A DNA stretch of 64,000 nucleotides, taken from Octopus bimaculoides. Its lineage: Eukaryota. How positions within the stretch are numbered: the stretch's first letter is position 1; each line of letters begins with the position of its first letter. Made by a program: the position numbers and the translations under genes. The stretch spans positions 33,540,221-33,604,220 of the forward strand of contig NC_068982.1 in NCBI RefSeq assembly GCF_001194135.2, read 5' to 3'. The notes below the pieces were generated by a model that saw nothing but the letters and a program-made list of their open reading frames with translations, was not told the origin of the DNA and made no database searches. Positions 39,449-52,510 of this stretch are shown here, one piece after another.

Positions 39449-40384
39449 GTGTGTGTGTGTGTGTGTGTGTGTATGTCATGATATACAAAAATTCCCCCCA
39501 AACACACACACATATGTGCATCATATATGCATGGATGTGCACATATACATATAGATTGCATGCCTAAAAATAAAGGCTAAACAAACAGCTGCTTAAATCA
39601 ATATGCACACCTACAATACATTACATTCGGTTCAACAACATATAAACAGATTTCCTATGTACTGATAAACAAATATGTATACATGTAACATCTATAAAAA
39701 ATATATTTCTCAAAATAAATCTAAAATCATACATACATATGTATAGAAGTATATAACTACTTATGAAGTATTATTATGCATGACAGAACAAAAGAGATAA
39801 AAAGGTAACTCATGCTACTGTAGAAAATGGATATGAAATAATGATCGTGATAATATACATACTATACACTCACATATACACAAATAATACAAACACACAC
39901 AGACATGCACACACACACACATAGTGTACTGTTCTGTTATTGATGGGAATCAACAAAAAGGTTATCAATCCAGCAAGAGATGAATATCATTTAACATACA
40001 CAGGATTTAAATTTGAACTGCTATAAGTTTCATGCCCTAATAGTACAATAGTTGTATATGTCTATCAATAAATGTGTGTGGAGGGTGTGGGTATGACACA
40101 GTGAAAATAAATATATACATGTCACACACGTGTGTATGTATATATACACACACACACAAAGCAAATAAACAGATCCTTTGTTGATTTCAATAGTAAATAT
40201 TTCAGTTGCTCAATCCCCTAAATCACCTAGACATTGTATTAACATGTGTAGTTCAATATTCCACTGACACATGTATCCTTAATGTAATCACCATGTAGAA
40301 CCAGTGTGACAGAAAGGGGTCTTTAAATTACAGGCACAGAATCAACAAGACAAAAATGTTTCTTTGAATTGCATATGCAGTGAA

Positions 40385-42530
40385 GCATATTCGACTCAAT
40401 TCTTTGCAGCCCTTACATATCATCTGCCTTTAATGCTCATCTCTCACTACCATACAGCATTGCAATATCCTCACATGCATCATACAATCTGCCTTTCATT
40501 AAAAGAGAGAATTCTTTGTAGCCACCAAGCACCAGAGGTAAACAGCTTCCATTACCTCCTAACACACATACATACACCCCACTAGCTCTGATTACTATTA
40601 TTTCAGAATATTCACTTCCACTGCTAATTAGGCCACCGAAAAAATAAGAGCTATCAACTACTTCTAGGGACCCTCCTATGCATCTGAAAGAATTTGTTTC
40701 ATGGGTACTTTTACTGCTAAGTATTGTTCACTTGCTACATATGAATAATTAGTTGTATGTCAACCTGCCTATATAACCCACTACACCTGTGAACCCACAG
40801 TTTTTATTGGGTGCATTGTATAGAAATCCTTATCTACTTCTTTTCTGCATATGGAGCACAGTCACTCCCCAGATAACTGAAAAATCCTATCTTCTTTCCT
40901 CCTAACTAAAACGTTTATCTTGGCTAGATTTACTTTGAGGCCTCTCAATTCTGTTTTGCTTATGGATTTTATTCACAAAATTTTCAACAGATTCAGTTCC
41001 AAGAACTAGGTCATAGGTAAACAGATGTTCCTACAAACAGCTTGTCTTAAACTGTATTGTTATTGCTAAGAGAAAAGACGTAGATGAACAAGTTAAAATC
41101 CTTGCTGAACTCACTGCAAACTCTCACCTTACTGACAGCATTCTTGTAAATGGCTTGCATGGCTCTCAAAAGCCATTCATCTACACCTAGTAATTTTTAG
41201 AGCTCACAAGACCACAGTATGTGATACCCTGTCAAAAGCATTCTCTACAGCAACAAACACCACAGTGGCTTGCAAAGAACGTCTATAATCATTCCACTAA
41301 GAAGAGGGGAAAGATCGGTACAAATCCAAATTGCATTTCATTTGAGCAAATTCTTTTCCTAATCAGTTCTGCTAGAACTCTTTCTGTAAAGAAGAGACAC
41401 ATGTGAGATGGAAGTACCTGAGAGGCAACAGTATGAGATCATCCAACACTAAACACAATGAGAAGTGGCAGCATGTCTATGAGCCAGAGATCAATTTATG
41501 TTAATAAATAACTTCATACCAATCAACCAAGTGACCTATTTTTTTTTCTGGATGTGGTCTAGGTTGTTGTCTAACCTGATCCATCAGTTAGATCCCTCTA
41601 TAGCTGCTTCTTTCTAGTACATCTCCTTTACTTTTATTGCAGATGGTGATGAAATTATTATGTCAGTCGTTGAGTATAACACCCTCCACTAACATCTGGT
41701 TAACTATACAAGTAACTAATGCATGTCCTACATTACTGGATAATCCCAGTGTCTCAGTAGGCATCAGTGATTATCTGGCTTCATGTCTACATCCTTAATG
41801 TCTATATCAACCATATAACAGTCAATTTGAATGATTGGGCCTTTGTTGGATTTGTTTGGAAGGTAGACACACACACACTCTCATTCTCTCTCTCTCTCCT
41901 GATTCAGCAACCTCATGTAATAGCATTTGTTATCAGCATCAATAAGGGGCATATATTCCACTATCATTACATACACACTTCCCACCAACAACGTTCCCCA
42001 TTCTTACTGACACAGTTTTGTAACAGTACACCTAATGTTTCTGATTCTCTCACAAAATACCATTAATGAACCCCTTACTTTCTGCTTTACTTGCTGAGTA
42101 TACTTGACACTTAACATCACTTCCAGGTACGTAATATTGTTCCTTGCCACCTTTTTTTCTTTCATCCTTTCCAGGTTTAACTTTCAGCTTGCATAACTCA
42201 ACCTGCCAGCCAATCTCATTACCTTATCACAAGTAGTGACAAAGAAGTTACTGCTATCTATAATTGAAGTAAATTGTAAGAGGGCCTCATAGAAACTGTT
42301 CATGCCATGGTTGTAGCACCAATGTAGAGATCACAGTTGCTGTCATATTGCCTATGTATAGTCTAAGCTTCATTATTATCACATACTCTGACTACCTCAG
42401 TTACTTCTTTATCTAGCTGTTTCTCAATTAACAATATCTCTAATCCACCTAACCCAGCACTGTTACTCAACTTGGACATATGTTCCACCCTAGCAAGGAG
42501 TATATCAGAGACTACACACCTTTTTTTACC
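40385..42530 (-). mobile_element. Older, heavily decayed RTE LINE with endonuclease, RT and PHD remnants
   Basis: GGLEILLIEKQLDKEVTEVVRVCD and KLRLYIGNMTATVIS (APE-like); EMQFGFVP, NAFDRVSH, LGVDEWLLRAMQAIYKNAVSKVRV (RT); CSICRK...SIQCTQ*KLWVHRCSG (PHD). Confidence 0.75.
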
Positions 42531-43632
42531 CTTTGTACACACACACACGCACACACACACATACACACATGCAGCACACAACTACTAACTACCATCTAGT
42601 ATCTCTACATTCACTCTGTTTCTCTCATACACAAACAGCATGGTGCCGCTGCTACTGCTAGGCACAAAGAAAACCTAGACCACATCTAAAGAAAGGTCAC
42701 TTAATTGATTGGCACAAAGTCAATTATTCACACACCCTAACCTCTGACCCACAGACATGCTGTACATTTTTCTCTATCCTTTTTCTACAGATATTCAGTG
42801 TTGGAGGGTTCATAACACATTTTCTTGGGTGCTCCCATTTCACACATGTCCCCTCCTCTTCTTCACATCACCCCACCAGACCACACCTGAACCACTAGCA
42901 CCAGCCCTCAACAATTCTAACCCTATCGATATTTTCCTTAAATATCATTGATTTGCAAGTGCTCAAGAGGAACGTAAGCCTTGTCAATTTTACAAGCCTT
43001 TCAGTTAGAAAGGGCTTGTGAAGGCCAAGGTCAAAGTCAGTTTCTAGACGAAATCAATAAAAAAAAAATCATCTATAAATACACACACACAAATACATAT
43101 ACACACATATGTACACATTCACTCAAAAATACATATATACACATATACATACATGCACATATATACATATATTTATATACATGCAAATACACACACACAC
43201 ACACTTGCATACACACAAATATACGCATACAAGCAGCTACATATTTATCCATGCATGAGTGTGTATAAATATTTATATTTATGGACTAGTCCATGTACTC
43301 GTGCTAGTCCACAATTATGGATTAAATACCTTTACATAATACATAATCTTTATCTTCTCCTCCTCCCCCACTGTCTCTTTCTTTCTCTCTCACTATGTAT
43401 ATATATATATATATATATATACATACATATGCATGCACAAAATAAACACACACATACGCATAAAGCAAGTGATACAAAATTATGGTATAAAGTAAAAACC
43501 AGGAAATTTATAGCAATGCTGCAGCTTGGTCAAAACTGCAATGACTTTGAATTAAGCAAGGAATATATACAAATGTAATGCATGCATACATACAATGGAG
43601 TCCATTCACAGAAACAAAGAGAGACAAACACA

Positions 43633-43669
<37 letters not shown>

Positions 43670-43812
43670 GCATTCACTTTTCAAAATTTCAAAAGCTGTA
43701 CCAAATATACCGTTCCAACCATGTACCACAATATNNNNNNNNNNNNNNNNNNNNNNNNNNNNNNNNNNNNNNNNNNNNNNNNNNNNNNNNNNNNNNNNNN
43801 NNNNNNNNNNNN

Positions 43813-43853
<41 letters not shown>

Positions 43854-43987
43854 ATATATATATATACACACACACACATACATACATGCACACATGCCTA
43901 TACATATATATATATACACATACACACACGTGTGTGTGTGTGTGTGTGTGTGTATAGATATAGATGTTTGTGTGTGCATACGTGTGT

Positions 43988-44021
<34 letters not shown>

Positions 44022-44248
44022 GTGTGTGTGTGTACATATATTTATATATATAGGGAGAATTCACAAAAAAAAACAAAAGACGAAGACAGGTGGTGTAGAT
44101 AAGTATATAGACAGATAGATAAATAGATAGACAGATAAATATGAAGATACAAATATATTATGCACTCATATTGATCAAACAACACACACACACTTACAAT
44201 GTTGATTTTTGAAATTGATGGGAATGAATAATTGAAAGTAATACTCAC

Positions 44249-46576
44249 TTAAAACCATTGGAGATTTTTCCACTGGCTCCTCACTAGTTTCTCGCTCTTC
44301 GAGTAATGTGTCCAAAACCCCAAGAGAACCAAGATCACAGTTGTTATTGAGAAGAGACGAGATAGTGTGGCCATTACTCAGGGGTTCGCCTTTCAATATC
44401 CTATGAGTACCGTACTCCTGGAAAGGTGAATCTGAACTGACAGCTTCTTGTTGTGCTTTCGAAAATGTATTGTTAGTAGAACCACAGTCACCAAGCACAG
44501 CTTCCGGAGGCGGAGCTGACACGGGAGGTGTAGGAGGAGTAAGAGCAGCTGAAGCTGTAGAAGGAACAGGAGGAGGTGAAGGTGAAGAAAGAGGTGGGGA
44601 TGGAGTTGTTTGGCTCTTAAATAGTGGTGACAGTGGCTGAGAACTGATAGCTGCTTCTGAATTTTCTCTGGAGCTTTCCACAGAAGTCAGCGCTGCATTC
44701 GATTCAGACTCTAATATTGATTCCGTGTTAGGTGCAGCATGCTTCTCTGGAACTGTCGATTCAGTTGGTGTTTGATGAGACACCTGAAGAATATCTGGGT
44801 GTTCACATTCACAGTTAGCAGACAGACAGACTGAGCAAGTAGACTCAGTAATGACTAAGCTAGGCTCTGTGTTTGCTGTATCTGTAGTTGTAGAATCTGC
44901 TGGTGAATATATTTCCGAGATTGGAGGAGTTGAAATAGAAACAGATGACAACCCTTCTGAGAAAGTATCAATGTTTTCAGGGGTTGTAATGGAAGGTTGA
45001 GGATTTGTGTCAGGAATTTGAGATGTAGAAACAGTGGAGGCTTCAGAAGAATCAATGGACATATGAGGCACTGTAGTGGCAACATCAGATGCAGAAGTGG
45101 TATTGAACTGTTTGGCAGCTGTATCAGAAATTGTAACTGGAGGGTTTGATACATCATCAGTCTCAGACACAGATTCTGGCGACACAATGGTCTCAGCTTC
45201 AACAGATGGGATTTGTGAGACTGGGATGGAAGTTACTGACTCAATTGCAGCAGAGTCAGACGCTGGAGATGTCAATGATTCAGTAGTAACAGAATCAGGC
45301 ATCGTGCTTGAAGTTACAGACTCACTAGTAGAAGATTCAGGCATTGTAGTAGAAGTGACATCCTCACTAACAGAAGAGTCAGGGTTTGTTGTAGAGGTCA
45401 CAGGCCCACTAGTAGACGAATCAGGCACCGTGGTGGAAGTAACAGACTCACTAGTAGATGATTCAGGCATTGTGTTGGAGGTCACCAACTCGTTATCAGG
45501 AGAGTCACATACGATCTCATTGCTCTCAGATTCAAGAGCAGGAGATTCAGAAATCACAGTTGAACTTTCAATCTCATTAGTAGAGAAATTGGGCATTACA
45601 GTGGATGACTCAGCTCCAGTCACAGAGGAGCTTAGCATTTGAGTAGGCTCAGTTGGATCAGTGGGGGAAGAGCAAGTTTTTGAGGTGGAGACATCTGTTA
45701 ATGCAGGAGTATTCAATTCCAGGCCATCCACTGCATCTGCTGATTCTGAAATTGCAGATGTCTCATGCACAAGAGAAGGCTCATTAGATGTTGAAATGGT
45801 TAATTCTGTATCATTTACAACAGAAGTTGTACATTCAGAACTAACATCACCAGTGTCAAAGATTTTAGAATCAGCTGTGCTTTTTGTTGGAGATATACTG
45901 CCATCACTGTTATTACAAGCTGTAGTTTCGGCAGATATAGCAGTTGCATCTGTGGTACTGGTTGTAGTCACATCAGCTAGTGGAGTTTCCTGAGTTGAGA
46001 AATCAATAATTTCATCAGAAGCCTCACTACTTAAGTCTTCCTCAAGAAAATGATCAACAGCACCTGCTTGGTTAGCTGCAACAGCTGACAACTCTGTATT
46101 TTCATTCTCTGTATCAGCACAATTAATACTTTCAGAATGGCTATTCGATGAAGACATCTCATCACAGGTTTTTATTTTGTCTGTTGTTGTAACAACTGAT
46201 GTGCTTGCTTCAGTAGCACTACCAAGTTGTTTCGTAAGAGCATCTTGATCTTCTTCTTCTATATGCAGTGTTGATTCTTTCTCAGCAACTTCATTTCCTG
46301 CAGCAGCTGTACTATCTGTATTTACATCCAAAGCTGAGACACTCTTCGTGGCTTCTGTGTTAATGGAATGGTCATTGATATTCACATCAATAGCTGCATC
46401 ATCTTCAGTTGATAATATATTAGCACTAATTTTCTCCTCCTCAGGTGTACTTTTCAGACTGTCTGCTTTTTCCTTCTCTTCTTCATTTTCATCTAGACTG
46501 GGAGTATTTTTAAAGGAATCACCATACTTTTTATCAACACTTGTTTGTATATCTTCACCTTCATTGTCTCTCTTAC
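44249..46576 (-). CDS. Giant internal coding exon (2,328 nt, 776 codons, phase 1-1) of an unidentified gene; acidic Ser/Thr/Pro-rich low-complexity region
   Basis: The 736-aa ORF extends upstream without stops (GKRDNEGEDIQTSVDKKYGDSF...) to acceptor T11-AG at 46577-46578. Donor TTAA|GTGAGT at 44248 follows EKSPMVL. The frame is open throughout, higher in GC than the flanks, and matches the frame of exon 50133-50228. Confidence 0.9.
45234..45485 (-). repeat. Coding tandem repeat, 42 bp / 14 aa, five copies plus a degenerate sixth (VTSxTMPESSTSES)
   Basis: VTSNTMPESSTSES-VTSTTVPDSSTSGP-VTSTTNPDSSVSED-VTSTTMPESSTSES-VTSSTMPDSVTTES-LTSPASDSAAIES. Confidence 0.9.
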
Positions 46577-46722
46577 CTAAAAAAAAAAATTAAATATCTA
46601 AATATATATATATATATAAGTATTCACATGTGTGTGTGTGTGTGTGTGCACGTAATATGTAATATATGCGTGTGTGTGTGTGTGTGTGTGTGCACATAAT
46701 ATGTAATATCTGTAATATATTC

Positions 46723-46754
<32 letters not shown>

Positions 46755-47149
46755 ACATTTAAATATATATGCATTCCAAAGTGTGTGTGTAATTAAATTT
46801 ATTAAATTATTTAAACAATGACATATAAAGATAATTTTATTAAAAGAAGCAAAATAAAAACATTTAAGTAAAACTGATCATTAAAAAGGAAAATGATTAA
46901 GGAAAGATTTTTTTTTTTTCTGTTCATGAAATTTTTTTATCAGAGTACTGATAAAAGCAAATCACATTTCTCTTACTTTGAAGTATCTATAACAACACTG
47001 TACTCCACTGAGTACAACAGACAGTAATACATAGGGTACAATATAGAATAATGTAACCAAAACCTCTGTGAGCAGAGGACCCATGAAGAAGGAAAATAAG
47101 ACAATTCAATATTAAATTGCCACTTATTTTTAAACAATAGTAATTCTTT

Positions 47150-47430
47150 TTTTGGCACATGGATAACTATTTATAGGTGAGTAAACATATCGATTACATC
47201 AATCCCCCAGTACATGACTGGTACTTTATTTAATCAACCCTGAAAGAATGAAAGACACAGTTGACCCCAGGGGAATTTCAACTCAGAACATAAGCTGGAA
47301 GAAATGCTAATAAGCATTTTGTCTGATGAAATAAAGATTCTGCCAGTCTGCTACCTTTTTTAATAATGATAATGATGATGATCCTTTCTCTTACAGGCAC
47401 AAGGCCTGAAATCTTGGTGGAAGGGAGCAT
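47150..47430 (-). mobile_element. SINE family B plus the tail of a second copy
   Basis: cgattacatcaatccccag...gaaagaatgaaagacacagttgacc..atttcaactcagaac; second tail atcctttctcttacaggcacaaggcctgaaat. Confidence 0.75.
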
Positions 47431-47924
47431 GAGGTAACAATTTCTGTGTAGTTAGTTAAGCATCTAGTTCAGGATTTCAGAAACTGAATAAAACCCATTT
47501 TTCAAACATATGTGACAGTAATAACAAGTTCCACTGACTCTCTCCATGGTTATGTTGTTCATCAACCAACCTCAGTAGTTGATGAAGAAGCATAAAAAGC
47601 AATGACTTCAAAGTGATTTGAATTTCTTCTGTGTGATGTATGTTAGCTAATCAATTAACTTGATTGCTAAATGAGGATGCAGGTATGGTTGAGTGGTTCG
47701 AAAGTTCACTTTGCAACCATGAATTCTTGAGTTCAATCTCACTACATGGCATTTTGGAAATGTGCATGGGTAATAGTCATAATGTCAGGTCAACACTGGT
47801 CTTGAAAGTGAACTTAGATAAACAAAAACTGTATAGATGCTCACTGAATGAACTGCACCAAAGATCAAGCTCTGCTCCACTTGTGACACACTAATTCTGC
47901 TTATGAATTGTTAAGGTGTAGACA

Positions 47925-48305
47925 TAGATGCATGGTTAAGAACTTACTACACCTTGGGCAAGTGTCTTCTACTATCTATAACCCCAGACTGACCAATGCT
48001 TTGTGAGTGAATCTGATAGATGGAAACTGTGTGGAAGCCCGTCACATGTGAATGTGTGTGTGTGCGTGTGCGCGCGCATGCATGCGTGCATGAGTTTCTT
48101 TCTTTGTTCTGTGTTCATCATCCTCATCTTTTGGCAAATGGTTGGTTTGATTATATCTCTGTAACTTACCAGTTCAGCAAAAGAGACAAATAGAATGAGT
48201 GCCAGACTTAAAAATAAGTACTAGGGTTGATCTGTCTCACAAAAACCCTTCAAAGCAGTGTCCCAGCATGGCCACAGTCCAGTAGTCAAAACAAGTAAAA
48301 GAAAA
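47925..48305 (+). mobile_element. SINE family A
   Basis: accttgggcaagtgtcttctac ... cccagcatggccacagtcc ... caagtaaaaga. Confidence 0.8.
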
Positions 48306-48439
48306 AAGACAACTGCAAAATGCCCAACCATTTCTCACACTAATCCAATGAGCAGACCATCCAGGTGATTGAACACTTATACACTCTCATGTCAAAATCA
48401 ACATGTGATCCTTTCACTGCTGGGTATGGGAGATGTCAG

Positions 48440-48770
48440 AAGAAGTTCTGAACAACCTGTACATATGTTTTCAAGAAACAATAACTGGCACTCCGTCAGT
48501 TACAATGTTTAATGTCCAATGTCTAAGTGGCTGAGCATTCCACAGACATGCGCATGCTTAATATAGTTCTCAAGGAGATTCAGCATGACACAGAATGTGA
48601 CATGGTTGACTCTTTGAATTACAGGTACCACTCATTTTTACCAACTGAGTGGACTGGAGCACCATAAAATAAAGTGTCTTGCTCAAGGACACAACACACC
48701 ACTGGCTATCAAACTCATGATCTTACAATTGTGAACCACATACCCTAAACATGAACCCATGCACCTTCAT
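48440..48770 (-). mobile_element. SINE family C, near full length
   Basis: gagtggactggagcacc..aaataaagtgtcttgctcaaggacacaac is the reverse complement of the 11741 body. Confidence 0.75.
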
Positions 48771-49273
48771 TAGAGATACAATAACTAATATTATATATAT
48801 ATATAAACCATACAATCCCTCGAATGCATACACATCTCAAAGACAAGAGATCCATAAGAGTCAACAAACTTTATCACTAATTCAGGTATGGTAGAAGTTA
48901 TGAGAAGCTAAGAGACTCCCATTGAATCAGTACTGTGAAAATAAACAGTGGTTATAACAATGCACTAAGTATTTTACTGGTTTCAACCAGCTACAACCAA
49001 GCTGGAGTACCACCATGGCATATCTTTTCCATAATTCCTCTTGTTTATAACTAGTAAAATCTATCCCATGTCTTTTACAGTTATTTATCATTTCAAATTT
49101 TCAGATAAACGAGGAAGAAAACGTTTAAGGAAAATCTAGGAATATAAGGTATCACCACTAAAGTAAATTGCACAAAGATTACTTTTTCAATCTGCAATCA
49201 ATATATACATTAACTTCTGAAAAGCCACTCCTCACCTCTCTTTCTATCTACCTATCTATCTATCTATCTCTAC

Positions 49274-49338
<65 letters not shown>

Positions 49339-50132
49339 GTATCTCGTTCACTCTTTCTGCCTCATGCATACACACACACCTGTACACACACATACACACA
49401 AACATGCTTAAATAGACAATTAAAAATCCCCAGATATACTAAATAAAGGTAGTAAGATAATTAAACATCATCACCACTGCCATTTCTATGCAATTAATAT
49501 TGAAACCTTTGAAACTTTATAATACTCTTGTATCTATTATAAACTATTTACTCTGAAGATTGAATTCTGTTTATAAAGATTTTGGGCGATATATCAAATA
49601 ATAGCTTGCTCTTAATTTATATAAAACAAAATCAGTGATTTAGGAGCTTTGATTGGCTAGTTTTGTTCTACACAAAACAAACAGCAGGATACTGAACTTA
49701 CTCTTCCATTCCTAGTTCGCAAAAAGGAACAATAACAAGATAAATAATCAGCAAGTTGGTAGGTAGTCAGAAAAGAAGACTGCACAATAATTAACTTTCT
49801 TAAGGAAAACTGATATTTAATGGCAGATGACGGGAGGGTGGCAGTGAGAGTATAGGCAAAAACAATAAAGCAAAATATTTTCTGAAGAAAAAGACAAACA
49901 AGAAATGCAATGTAATAATAGCTCCAAAGCTAACCTGAAAGATTTGAAGAGAAGAAAATCATTGTTTCTTGAAAAGCTTTAAGGATTTCTAATAGAGAAA
50001 ATCTAAATAGATTTGCCAACAGTGAATGTTCATTTTTTTTTATAAGATAGACATACATAATTAATGTATAATTTATGTTATAATTAATAAAGCTATTGAA
50101 TATATTGCAATGAACCATATTGATATTCTTAC

Positions 50133-50228
50133 CAAGATGTATGACATCTTCCTGATCACATTCAATATCCAGTTGTTCTTCTTTTGCTATATCAATTTCA
50201 ATTGATTTTAGAAGTTCCATATCGCCAC
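50133..50228 (-). CDS. Internal coding exon (96 nt, phase 1-1), GDMELLKSIEIDIAKEEQLDIECDQEDVIHL, spliced in frame to the giant exon
   Basis: Acceptor cttttatttctgtttaatttctAG at 50229-50230 and donor CTTG|GTAAGA at 50132. Acidic composition like the next exon; junction codon G+GT = Gly. Confidence 0.8.
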
Positions 50229-50499
50229 CTAGAAATTAAACAGAAATAAAAGAAGTTGACACTATACTGTAAAAGAGTGATTTGAAAACTTGAAACCTTA
50301 ATAATTTAGCAGAATCAATAAAATTATATTACAATATATAATAAGATCCAATGTACACAAGGATTTATCTCAGCTTGCTAATCACCTTGGAGTAGCCATG
50401 GTAGTCAGAAAATTATTGTAAAATATGAAGTGATAGGTTAAGCTATCCAAGTAACAGGTGAACAGTTAAAATGTAAATAGACTTTTTATTTTGTATGAT

Positions 50500-50620
50500 G
50501 CAGGCATGGCTGTGTAGTTAGAAGTTTGCTTCCCAACCAAATGGTTTCAGGTTTAGGCCCACTGCAGGGTACCTTGTGCAAGTATCTTCTACTATAGCAC
50601 CAAGCTAACCAAAGCTTGGC
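50500..50620 (+). mobile_element. SINE family A 5' part
   Basis: caggcatggctgtgtagttag...accttgtgcaagtatcttctactatagc. Confidence 0.7.
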
Positions 50621-50624
50621 ACTT

Positions 50625-51265
50625 AGGTTAGAAGATCATTGACAGCAGAAATGCCCACACTACTGCCAGAAAGATGGCCTTTGTTAAGGAGATAAAGTGG
50701 CTGAAGAAAAGACCCAAGAATAGCATTGGAATTATTTTCCACAGTTCATGACTGGGGAATGGAAGCTGATCTGGAGAAGGAGCTAAAATTTCCATTACAG
50801 ACCTTATTGAAACCAGATGGGATTTTAGTTTCTAAGACAACAGGACAACTAATTTTATTGGAGTCAACTGAACCCTGAGAGTAGAGGATGGAAGGGTACA
50901 AAAGAGGAAGAGAGCTAAGTATTAGGTGTTGATGAAGAGAACTGTTACAAAAGTGGGTGGGAGACCAGGTACTTGTCAGTGGATGTGAGCAGTTGAGGGT
51001 TTGCAGGTTGTTCTCTGAATAAAGTCTATAGAACCTGGGCATTACAAGAACAATCAGAAGAAGAGTTCCCAGGCTTCTGAGAAACCAGCTTGATGGGTCT
51101 GTTTGAGAAGAGGTCATCTGTAGTAGATCAGTAGAATGCTACTTGGATACAAGCCTAAGTTTGAACAATATAGGTTAGGTCACCCAGATATGTTGTAAGA
51201 CCTGAAACACTTAGTGACTCCAGGATACAAAACTGAAAATGTATCCAACTATTGCACCTGAAGAT
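50625..51265 (+). mobile_element. HERO/NeSL-like non-LTR retrotransposon 3' fragment (restriction-like endonuclease and 3' UTR)
   Basis: HDWGMEADLEKELKFPLQTLLKPDGILVSKTTGQLILLESTEP*E*RME..KRKRAKY (PD...E motif), then GWE...GF...LGI; the 3' UTR resembles HERO UTRs as recalled. Confidence 0.75.
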
Positions 51266-51964
51266 GTATGAATAACAATGGAATAGGTAGGCTGAATCGG
51301 CTGTATACTCAAATATATACCAAAGCATTTTAGAATGGCAAGACCTCAGATACAAAATTTTATGTAACCTTTTCAATGTCACACTTTCAAATAAAATAGT
51401 AATTACTCTAATTTTATATATATAAGTTAGTAAGCAAGCAAGAAGGATCTTACATTAATGATTTCTCAAACTCATTAAATGTGACAGAAATTTATATAGG
51501 AATTTATATAAGAAAATTCAATAGAGCTGTACTTGGTTTATTTTTCTTATTTCCAACTAAAAAAAAACAATTCCCCATTCATGACTATGTAGGCTCTTTC
51601 CTTTCAGAACATATGGAAATTCAATATTTCCTTGTATTACTTTAATAAAAACAATACATTCAAATGTGAATAACCCTTTATAACATGCTACTGTAATTGA
51701 ACAGTGCTTTATTGACTGATCATAACACATGTAACATGAGCTATATGTGTTTTCTCTTATTGTATAGTCAACAACAATGGTTTGATAGTTCAAACAATGT
51801 ATAATCTATTGCATGACCCTTATAACAACAAAATGAAGCTTTGTACATTGAACCTAGTAGAATATTACCATGTAGACTATGTTTTAATCCCTGAAATCTC
51901 TTGTCAGAAATATAAGGCTTAAGCATGCAGTGTTTGTGATTGACCAAGCTCTTCATCATAGTTA

Positions 51965-52200
51965 CTGTTGTCATCGTCATCATTTAATGTCCATTTTTCA
52001 ACACTTGCATGGATTAGACAGAATTTGTTGAGGTAGATTTGCTACAGCCAGATGCTCTTCCTGTCACGAACACTCACCTGTTTCCAAGTAAGGTATTATT
52101 TTCCCATAGTTACACATGTTTTTATGAAAGACTGGAAATAAACAACCTTACTTGCATCATGATGATGATGCTCACAACCATCATCTAATGTCTAGACAAG
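51965..52200 (-). mobile_element. SINE with RTE-like tail
   Basis: catcatttaatgtccatttt...gccagatgctcttcctgtc...cacctgtttccaagtaagg. Confidence 0.65.
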
Positions 52201-52249
52201 GGCATGCACAAACAGTGACACAAATACACACACACACGCACACATATAT

Positions 52250-52410
52250 ACAATGGGTTTCTTTCATTTTCCATCTACCTAATCCACCCACAAAGTTTTG
52301 GTCAGCCCAGGGCTATAATAGAAGACACTTGCCCAAGGTACCACCCAGTGGGACTAAACCCAAGACCACATGATTGGGAAGCAAGCTTCTTAACCACACA
52401 ACCATGCCTG
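52250..52410 (-). mobile_element. SINE family A 5' part
   Basis: gaagacacttgcccaaggt...cttaaccacacaacc. Confidence 0.7.
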
Positions 52411-52510
52411 CAGCTATACAGATATTCATATAAAACAGTGGTTCTTAACTTGAGTGGCAGCACCACATTGGGTGGGGTGGGCATTGTGAGCTCACAAAGG
52501 GGTAGCAAAT

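Larger units (their letters stand above)
2586..43812. other. Assembly gaps at 2586-2783, 3380-3432, 5441-5628, 9645-10564, 15464-15687, 17518-18517, 30112-30121 and 43735-43812
   Basis: Runs of N, mostly abutting microsatellites; host-gene exons could lie inside the two gaps of about 1 kb. Confidence 1.

Noticed and set aside
44990-45240. SxIP-like motifs (TSIP, SQIP twice) in the giant exon
   Set aside because: EB1-binding SxIP motifs need basic flanks; these are in strongly acidic context.
44175-46385. ORF-track start at GTG 46385 and tail SEYYFQLFIPINFKNQHCKCVCVV
   Set aside because: The frame is open upstream to the acceptor at 46577, and the tail lies past the GTGAGT donor and runs into (GT)n. 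Read-through termination is possible but unsupported.
44855-46593. ORFs 45076-45642, 45661-45993 and 46348-46593 (+) and 44855-45202 (-)
   Set aside because: Antisense or alternate-frame shadows of the giant exon.
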